A DNA stretch of 64,000 bases, taken from the human T2T-CHM13v2.0 reference genome, Homo sapiens. The DNA is taken from assembly GCF_009914755.1 (NCBI RefSeq), contig NC_060929.1; one strand, written 5' to 3'. The notes under the pieces were generated by a model. The model made no database searches, was not told the DNA's origin, and saw only the letters and a program-made list of their open reading frames with translations. Both the position numbers and the translations under genes were made by a program. Of the stretch, positions 54,390-64,000 are shown one piece after another. Each line of letters begins with the position of its first letter. Position 1 is the stretch's first letter.

Positions 54390-55332
54390 ATATATATGTA
54401 CGTATATACATACTTATACGTATATATACTTATATACATATAAGTACATATATGTATATATGTATATATGTACGTATATACATATATGTACATATATGTA
54501 TATACGCGCGTATATACATATGTATATACGCGCGTATATACATATGTATATACGGGCGTATATACATATATGTATGTGTATATACGCGCGTATATACATA
54601 TATGTGTGTATATACGCGCGTATATACATATATGTATGTGTATATACGCGCGTATATACATATATGTATGTGTATATACGCGCGTATATACATATATGTA
54701 TGTGTATATACGCGCGTATATACATATATGTATGTGTATATACGCGTGTATATACATATATGTATGTGTATATACGCGTGTATATACATATATGTATGTG
54801 TATATACGCGTGTATATACATATATGTATGTGTATATACGCGTGTATATACATATATGTATGTGTATATACGCGTGTATATACATATATGTATGTGTATA
54901 TACGCGTGTATATACATATATGTATGTGTATATACGCGTGTATATACATATATGTATGTATACATATACGTATGTGTGGATATGTGTATATATGTATATA
55001 CATATACGTATGTGTGTATATGTGTATATATGTATATACATACACGTATGTGTGTATATGTGTATATATACATACACGTATGTGTGTATATGTGTATATA
55101 TACATACACGTATGTGTGTATGTGTATATATAATACACGTATGTGTGTATGGGTATATATAATATACGTATGTGTGTATATGTGTATATATGCATATATG
55201 TATGTGTATATGTGTATATATGCATATATGTATGTGTATATATATGCATGTGTGTATATATGTGTATATATACGTGTATATATACATGTACATTTGTGTG
55301 TATGTATATGTGTGTGTGTGTGTGTATATATA
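54390..55332. repeat. Alternating purine-pyrimidine minisatellite with 24- and 32-bp units
   Basis: Ten tandem tatatacatatatgtatgtgtatatacgcg(c/t)g units at 54621-54940 inside a TA/TG/CA tract. Confidence 0.95.
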
Positions 55333-55559
55333 TTTTTCTTAGGCCAGCGCCTTTGTATAAGCAATATATATATAGCCAAATGATAGATCACATTCTCCCT
55401 GCCCCATCCTAGTACTCTGTAACAGGCACTAACACGAGTAATTAACTAATCTAGGTCCATTTAAACCTCCTGGGAAACCTAAGCCTTGTTTTATACATTT
55501 CAAAAGTCTTTCAATTTCAGTCACAATCTGTTATCATTAACAATTATCTTAATTATATG

Positions 55560-56051
55560 CCTGATTTATATAACATCTAGAAATCAATGACCCCAATTTA
55601 AGAAGCTATGTCTCTGCTCTCACAGAAATGTTAAGTAGCAAATCCAACACTTTAGCTAACACTAAAGTTTACCAAGGTCTACTACCTCTGTCTAAAGATT
55701 TTCCAGATTCGTTCCACCATCTCCAAGGCCAGCGCCTTTGTGCAAGCAATCTTCTTTCCTCACGTGAACCAACTGCTACAATGGCCTCAAAACTGATTTT
55801 CCAATTCCCACTTTGATATTACCAACTATTTTCCAGACAGCAGAAAACATAGTTATTTAGAAACAATTGAAATTACATTTCTACCACATTTAGGTACCTT
55901 TTGTTGTTTTTCATTATACTTAGAATAAAATTCAGACTTCTAGTCATCAGTTAAGAGGTTCTACATCAACACATCCCAGCTATTCTCCATGCCATAGTGA
56001 AGTTTCAAGAAAGAGTATTTCACTTTTGTTTCTTGAAAATTGAAAATATTC

Positions 56052-56095
<44 letters not shown>

Positions 56096-56790
56096 CTGCT
56101 TCATAATATTTGCATTTGCTTTCCCTCCACATAAAATACCTTTTTTTTTTTTTTTTCTGAGACGGAGTCTCGCTCTGTCGCCCAGACTGCAGTGCAATGG
56201 CGCCATCTGGGCTCACTGCAAGCTCCGCCTCCCGGGTTCACGCCATTCTCCTGCCTCTCCAGAGTAGCTGGGACTACAGGCGCCGGCCACCATGCCTGGC
56301 TAATTTTTTTTTGTATTTTTAGTAGAGATGGGGTTTCACCATGTTAGCCAGGATGATCTCGATCTCCTGACCTCGAAATCCGCCCTCCTCGGCCTCCCAA
56401 AGTGCTGGGATTACAAGCGTGAGCCACCGCTCCCGGCCCTAAAATACCTTTTTTATAATTCTTCACTTGACTACTCCTTACTGTTCTTTAGCTCATGTCC
56501 TGACTCTTCGCGGCGAGTGCTATGATCCCTTCCTCTATGCAAACCTCTCTTCTCTGGTCCTCTCTATCAGATTATCCTGATTATTTATAATACGCCACTC
56601 TTCATTTGAAAGTGTCTTGTTTGCTAAATAGTACATTCTAAATTCTTTTTTATCCCCTTCTACTAGATTGTAACCTGCATGAGAGGTTCAGGTCATCATT
56701 GTGCATGCCTAGGTTAAATCTAGGTCAGTGACTATGGTACACCTGTCACATATTTGTCATCAAAGATATATAACTGAACTACTGAGTGAC
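55560..56790 (+). mobile_element. Decayed L2 interrupted by (TG)n 56055-56092 and AluY
   Basis: ctgctacaatggcctcaaaactg, tagaataaaattcagactt, ctactagattgtaacctgcatgag. Confidence 0.6.
56147..56438 (-). mobile_element. AluY SINE
   Basis: Y diagnostics gcaagctccgcc, gttcacgccattctc, ttagccaggatg, ctcgatctcc; TSD taaaatacctttttt at 56132-56146 and 56440-56454. Confidence 0.95.
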
Positions 56791-57509
56791 CAAAATAAAT
56801 ACAGCAACATTGTTCCAAAACATTTAATTCGGAGCTAATATAAAGCACATTTGGGTCAATTTTCAACATTTTCTAGCTTTTTCTGCGAGCTTCACTTTAA
56901 ATATAGCTGAAATCAATAAAGGGTTACTAATGTTGAGCAAAGGATTAAAAATTGAAGTAACTTAGTGTAAAACATTTTAAACTTTGCCAAAGTGATTGTA
57001 TAGTGAACTGAAGAAACTGACTTTTAAAATAACTTTTAAAAATAAAAGTTATTTTTATTTGGGAAATAATTCAGAAACTTTAGTAAAATCATAAAGGCCT
57101 TTACTTTAAAGCAAAGAAAAAAATTACTTTTAAACAAAATTAACAATCCCCGATACAAGGATCCTGGTTATTTATTTAATTACACCAAAGCTTTGATAAA
57201 TACAAGACATAAGAAAATCACTTATTTAAATATCTGAAATGAAATTTAATTTTTAAACTTGGTTTTATTTCGTGAAAGTACACAGAGCAATTCTGTGTAA
57301 TATATGTTATAATAAATTATATTTGTATAGTTAATTCCACATGTGTTTGTTCTTGTTATAAATACTAGGAAAATATTCCATAAAATTTTTATTTTTGAAT
57401 GTATGACTTTCCTTGTTCATTTGTTTATGACATGTTGTTTTTTGCTGTTGTCATTTATGTTTGTTACGTAGACAGGTTTGAGATTTTTAAATTCAGTAAA
57501 ATGCTATTT

Positions 57510-60500
57510 TTAGATGTACAAAAGTATTCAGTAATATACTAACTACTACAATCAAGATACTGAATATTTTCAAAACTTCAAAAAGTTGCCTAAAGTCCCT
57601 CTGTAGGTAATTTTCTCTCCTTATGCTCAGATCCCGTAAATCAGTAATTGTGTCTTTCTTTACAGTTTTTCCTTTTACATAATGTCATTTATATAGAAAT
57701 TTATTTTTAGTCTTTTCAACCTGGTTTTGTTCAAATTGCTTAATACTTTGAGATTCACTCGCGTTGTTTCATTTAACAGAAGTGTGTTCCTTCTGCCACT
57801 TAGTAGTATCCTATTGCATGGATACATTGCAGTTTGTGTAATTCAGTCACCAGTTGATGGATATTTGAGTGCTCTCTAGTTTTGGTGATTATGGATAATT
57901 CTGCCATATACATCAATGCAGAGGTCCTTTTGAGAACATATGCTATTTATTTAAGAGTAGAATTGCTAGTAAGAATATGTTTAATTTTGAAAGAAATTCT
58001 CAAACTGTTTTCCAAAGTGAGAATATTCTCTTTACTTATCACCATCAGTGTATGAGAGTTCCAATTGCTCTGCAACCTTAAAAGCGTTAATAGGGTTTAT
58101 GTAGTTGTTGTCTACACTAGCAGGTATGTAGTTGGCATTTATTGTGATTTTAATTTGCATTTTCATAAGGACTAATAATGCCGAATAGTTTTTTCCTAAG
58201 TTTTTTTTGCCATTATTTCTCACCTTTGGTGAATTGTTCATTTAAATAAGTTGCCCAGTTTAAAATTTGGATTTTGTGTCCTCTTATAATTAAATTGTTA
58301 GGGTTCTTTATATGATCCTCATAAAGATCCTTTACCAGACATGTGTTTTGAAATATCTTTGAGGTCTGTTGTTATTGTTTCAATTTCCTAGTCTTTCAAA
58401 GAGTTGAACCTTTTAAAGTCCAATTTTTTTTTCTTTTGTAGTTCATGCCTTTTTATGTACTGTATAAGACATCTTTGTCAAACTCAAGATTGTAAGAATG
58501 TTCTGTTTACCTTTAGATGTTTTATTTTCTTAACTCTTACATTTACAGCTATGAACCATATCAAGATAATTTTTTGTATATTGTCAAGTAAAGGTAGAGA
58601 TTTTCTTTTTTATTGAAATATGGATATTTAGTTGCTTCAACATCATTTATTTGAAAGATACATCTTTTTCCATTTAATTATCTTGACACGTATGTTCAAA
58701 ATTACATAAAGGTGGGTCGGCTTTTGTAATCTCTGTTCTGATCCAATCGTCTCTAGGGCTCATGGTTTTCTTCTTTTTTATTGTTTTTGTTTTGATTCAC
58801 CTTTTTATTTTTAAATTTTATGAATACATAATATTTTCATATATTATGGAGTATATGTAATATTCTGACACAAGGAAACAGTGTGTAGTGATCAAAACAG
58901 GATAATTGGGATACTCATCACCTTAAACATTTATCATTTATTTGTGTTAGAAACATTCCAACTATACCCCTCTAGTTATTTTGAAATATATAACTAAATT
59001 ATTTTTATTTATAGTTACCGTATTGTGCTATGAAACATTAGATTTTATTTCTTCTATCTGACTGTATTTTTGTATGCATTAACCAATGCCTATTTATTCG
59101 CCCCTCCTTCTTTATCTTTCCAGCCTCTGGTAGCCATCATTCTACTCTCTACCTCCATGAGATCAATTTTTTTAAGCTCCCACACTTGAGTGAGAATATG
59201 CGATATTTGTATTTCTGTGCCTGGCTGATTTCACTTAACACAATTTCCTTCAGTTCAATCCATGTTGTTGCAAATGACAGCATTTCATTCTTTCTCATGG
59301 CTGAATAACATTCCATTGTTACACATAACACATTTTCTTTCTTCATTCCTTGATGGACCCTTACGCTGATTCTATATCTTTGCTTCTGTGACTCATGTTG
59401 CAATAAACGTGGGAATCCAGACAGCTCTTCAATACACTGATTTGGTTTTTGTTTTAATATATGCAACAGTAGGGTTGCTGGATCATATGGTACTTTTATT
59501 TTTGGTTTCTTTAGGAACCTCTATATTTTCGAGAGGGGCTGTACTAATTCACATTCCCACTGACTGTGTATGAGCATTCTCCTTTCTTCGCATCCTTGTC
59601 AGCATCCATTTTTTAAAATAAAAGTCATTTTAACTGAGGTAAGATGATATCTCATTGTGATTTTGACCCTCACTTCTCTGATGATTAGCGATGTTGACAA
59701 TTTTCACATATACCTGTTGGTCATTTGTCATTTTTTGAGAAATGTCTGTTCAGGTCTTTTGAGAAATGTCTGTTCAGGTCTTTCCTCCATTTTTAAATCA
59801 GATTGTTCTATCAAATTATTGAGATACTAATAACATATTAATATGTAGCCATGCATTCTAGCCATTAATCCCTTGTCAGGTGGGTGGTCTGCAAACATTT
59901 TCTCCCATTCTGTGGGATGTCTTTCAACTTTGAGTATTTCCTTTGCTGTACAGCTTTTTAGCTTAATATGATCCCTTTTATTCATTTTTACTTCGGGCGC
60001 CTGGGCTTTTGAAGTCTTACTTAAAAAACCTTTGCCCAGATCAATGCCCTGGAGCATTCCCCTAATGTTTTCTTCTAGTATTTTCAGAATTCCAGATTTT
60101 AGATTTATGTATTTGATCTATTTTGATTTGATTTTTGTATTTGATGATAGACAGGGATCTAGTTTCATTCTTCTACATATGAATATCCAGTTTTCCCAGT
60201 ACCATATATTGAAAAGACTGCTCTCCCCTCAATGTATGTTCTTGGGGCCTTTGTTGAAAATGAGTTGACTGTAAATGTGTGGATTTGTTTCTGGGTTCTC
60301 TGTTCGGTTCTGTTGGTCTATATGTCTATTGTTTTGCTAGCAATCTACAGATTCAATGCAATCCCTATCAAAATATGAATGCCATTCTTTAAAGAAATAA
60401 AATATATATAGGAGCACAAAAGACCCACAATAGCCAAAGCAGTCCCAAGAAAAATGAACAAAGCTGGTGGCATCACATACCTGACTTCAAATTACACTAC

Positions 60501-61700
60501 AAACTATAGTGACCAAACTAGCATGGTACTGGCATAAAAAACATATGTAGACAAATGAAATACAATAGAGAACCCAGAAATGAAATTTATTGGTCTTCTT
60601 ATGTCAGTAGCATGCTGTCTTTATAAGTATTGTTTTATTGTAAACTTTGAAATAAAGTAGTATGAATTCTCTCAATTTTTAAAATTACTTTAGAAAATCT
60701 ACATCTTTTGCTTTTCCATATATTTTTATTTTAACTAGGTTGTTAATTTTACAAAATATCTTGCTTCAGATTTTGTGTGTGAGTGAATACAGTGATTAAT
60801 TTTTCAATTAGTGGAGAATTGATACATGAACAATGTCGGGTCTTCTTATTGATTGTGGATTATCTCTCCAATTACTTAGGTTTGTAATGATTTTTAATGA
60901 GTATTTCGTATTTTTCATTATCTAAATACTGTACATGTTTTATTAAATTTTATTAAATTTACCCTTGCTTATTTAATATTTGTTGTTGCTCTTGTGTACG
61001 GTTCTGTTTTTAACCTCAATCTATAATTGTTCACTGCTAGTATGTAGAAATATAGTCAATTTTATTTACTAATCTTTTGGCTTAATTGGCTCCTTTCTAC
61101 TCTCTTTAGGAAAAGGCTTAAATTATTAATTTTTTTCAGTTCAAATGCAAACATTTAATATTATATATTTCCTTTTAAGCATTATTTTATTTGCATCCCT
61201 CTGGTGCTGCTATGTTGTGTTTTACATTTTCCTCAATTCAAACACTTTCTATTTTCTCCTGCTACTTCTTTAATTCATGGATTATTTGGAAGCGTGTTGT
61301 TTAATTTCCTAATATTTAGGGATTTTTCAGGTATCATCCTGTTATCTATTTCTGGTTTCAATCTGTTTAGGACAAGAACATTTTTTGTTAAGGTCAAATA
61401 ACATTCTTTGTAGGATTTCAGTTCTTTTAAACTTTTTGAGTTTGGTTTTATGGCACATATTGGCTATGCTGCCTAAATAGAATATATATTCTTCTTATAT
61501 TCTATAAAGCAATTAAGTTTGCTGTCATATTGTTCAAGTCATCTAAATATTTTTTGATTTTTGTTGATTTGTTTATGTGTTAGATCTATTATGGACAGCA
61601 AGTGTTGATTGTCCTATGATTTTAAATCTTTATGTTTTTTCTTTTAGTGCTAAGATATTTGGAATTATGTATTTTTCATACATTTTTTTCTAACACTTTT
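57510..61700 (-). mobile_element. Old L1ME/L1MD-type LINE, host of the L1MA insertion
   Basis: 3' region actacaatcaagata...caccagttgatggatatttg; ORF2 resumes after 60586. Confidence 0.7.
58775..60586 (-). mobile_element. L1MA3/4-like insertion with 5' inversion (60339-60586 on + strand)
   Basis: T tail, L1MA 3'UTR and ORF2 C-terminus on minus strand, then a switch to sense gcaatctacagattcaatgc...agagaacccagaaat. Confidence 0.85.
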
Positions 61701-61711
61701 TTTCTAACATA

Positions 61712-64000
61712 TTTTTGCCAGAGCCTATGTCCAGAATGGTATTTCATAGACTATCTTCCAGGGTTTTCATAGTTGTAGGTTTTACATTTAAGTATTTAAT
61801 CCATCTTGAGTTGATTCTTGTCTATGGTGTAAGGAAGGGGTAAAGTTTCAGTCTTCTGCATATGGCTAGCCAATTATCTCAGCATCATTTGTTGAATAGG
61901 GAGTTCTTTTCCCATTGCTTATTTCTGTCGACTTTGTCGAAGATCATGTGGTTATGGGGTGCAGCTTTATTTTGGGATTCCCTAACTTGTTCTATTGGTC
62001 TATGTGCATGTTTTTGTACAAGTGCCATGCTATTTTGGTTACTCTAACCTTGTAATATAGTTTGAGGTCAGCTAGTATGATGCCTCCAGCTTTGATCATT
62101 TTGCTCAGGATTGCTTTGGCTATGTGGGATCTTTTTTGGTTTTATACGAATTTTAATATGGTTATTTCTAATTCTGTGAAGAATGTCATTGGTAGTTTGG
62201 TAGGAATAGCAGCTTTGAATTTGTAAATCCCTTTGGGCAACATGGCCATTTTAACAATATTTATTCTTCCTATTCATGATCGTGGAATGATTTTTGACTT
62301 GTTTGTGTTGTCTTTGATTTCTTCCAGCATTGTTTTATAATTCTCATTGTAGAAATATTTTGCTTCCCTGGTTATCTGTATTCCTGGGTATTTTGTTATT
62401 TTTGTGGCTACTGTGAATGGGATTGTGTTCTTGATTTGGCACTCAGCTTGGACGTTGTTGGTGTATAGAAATGCTACTGATTTTTGTACACTGATTTTGT
62501 ATCCTGAAACTTTACTGAAGTTGTTTATCAGATTTTGGAGCTTTGGGGAAGAGCCTGTGGGATGTTATAAGTGTGGAATCATATAATCTGCAAACACAGA
62601 TAGTTTGACCTTCTCTCGTCCTACTTAGATGGCTTAGTATTGTGTTAAATAGGAATGGTGAGAGAAAATATCCTTGTCTTGTGCCAGTTTTCAAGGAGAA
62701 TGCTTCCAGCTTTCCCCTTGGGTTTGTTGTACATTACTTTTATTATTTTGAGGTATTTTCCGTCAATGCCTAGATTGTGAGGTTTTGAACATGAAAAAAA
62801 TGCTGAGTGTTTTAAATTTTTTTCTGCATTAATCAGTCATTCAGGAATAGGCTGATTAATTTCCATGTGATTGTATGGTTTCAATAGATTTTCTTTATTT
62901 TATTTTATTATTATTATACTTTAAGTTTTAGGGTACATGTGCACAACATGCAGGTTTGTTACATATGTATACATGTGCCATGTTGGTGTGCTGCACCCAT
63001 TAACTCGTCATTTAGCATTAGATATATCTCTTAATGCTATCCCTCCCCTCTTCCCCCACCCCACAACAGTCCCTGGTGTGTTATTTTCTTAGTTTTGATT
63101 TCTGTTTTTATTGCCTCATGGTCCAAAAGTGTGGTAGGTATGATTTCACCTTTTTTTGAATTTTCTGAGTGTTGTTTTATGGCTGATTGTGTAGTCAATT
63201 TTAGAGTATGTGCCACCTGCAGATGAAAAGAATGCATATTCTATTGTTGCTGGGTTGAGAGTTCTGTAGATGTCTGTAAGGTCAATTTGGTCAAGTGTCA
63301 AGTTCAGGTCCTAAATGCTTCATTAGTTTTATGCCTCAGTGATCTATCTAACATGGTCAGTGGGCTGTTAAAGTCTCCCACTATTATTGTGTAATTATTT
63401 ACGTCTATTTGCAGGTCTCTTAGAATTTGTTTTATGAATCTGGGTGCTCCTGGGTTGCATGCATATATATTTAACAGAGTTAGGTTTTCTTGTTGAATTG
63501 CACTCTTTACCATTATGTAATTACCTTACTTATCTTTTTTGATCATTATTGGTTTAAAGTCTCTTTTGTCTGAAATTAGAATTGCAACTCCTGCTATTTT
63601 CTGTTTAATGTTTTCTTGGTAGATGTTTCTCCATCTTTTTACTTTGAGCCTATGGGTGTCATTGTATGTGAGACGAGTCTCTTAAAGACAGCGTAGAGTT
63701 GCATCTTGCTTCTTTATCCAACTTTCCACTCTGTGCCTTTTATTTAGGACATTTAGTCCATTTATATTCAAGGTTAATATTAATATATGCAGACTTGATT
63801 CTATTATCATATTGGTATCTGGTTATTATGCAGACATGTTTGTAGGGTTGCTTTATAGTGTCAATGGTTTATGTACTTAAATGTGTTTTGTGGTGACTAG
63901 TAATGGCCTTTCCTTTCTATATTTATAAAGGCCTCCCTTAAAGACCTTTGTAAGGCAGGTCTGGTGGTAACAAATTCCCTTAGCATTTGCTTGTCCTATT
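61712..64000 (-). mobile_element. L1PA13-16-like LINE ORF2/ORF1 with internal deletion, continuing past the window edge
   Basis: Endonuclease remnant IQQENLTLLNIYA...IIVGDFNSPL (63304-63513) and RT-region remnants near 62512-62694. Confidence 0.85.
62896..63082 (-). mobile_element. Young L1PA (PA3-5-like) 3' end nested in the older L1
   Basis: ttattatactttaagttttagggtacatgtgcacaac...; TSD attttctt at 62888-62895 and 63083-63090. Confidence 0.9.

Noticed and set aside
54621-54940. 32-bp repeats as a CRISPR-like array
   Set aside because: Units are contiguous with no unique spacers and no cas genes; primate DNA
59733-59780. Perfect 24-bp tandem duplication in L1MA, and a 13-bp repeat at 52299/52319
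   Set aside because: Real but ordinary slippage-type duplications

Overview
AT-rich, repeat-dense catarrhine-primate (probably human) intronic or intergenic DNA, judged from AluY, THE1B and LTR17. I see no credible host protein-coding exon, RNA gene or CRISPR array. The long ORFs in the track are microsatellite artefacts or decayed L1/ERV/Alu frames. Over half the window is nested transposon fossils: an ERVL remnant; an L1PA15/16(PREC2)-like LINE whose long repetitive 5'UTR holds a solo HERV-W LTR17, a full THE1B and an Alu; a long L1MB; many Alus, MaLR/ERVL LTRs and Tigger/hAT elements. The strongest unexplained signal is a perfect 113-bp-arm inverted repeat at 31840-32086, built from unique DNA with repair-scar features. 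Other signals are several templated-insertion scars, a 5'-inverted Alu, an Alu with a triplicated B-box segment, a probable 3'UTR-only retrocopy and a palindromic CGCGCG minisatellite. Subfamily names come from remembered consensus sequences, not a search, and old-repeat boundaries are approximate. I cannot support a new multi-gene system here.
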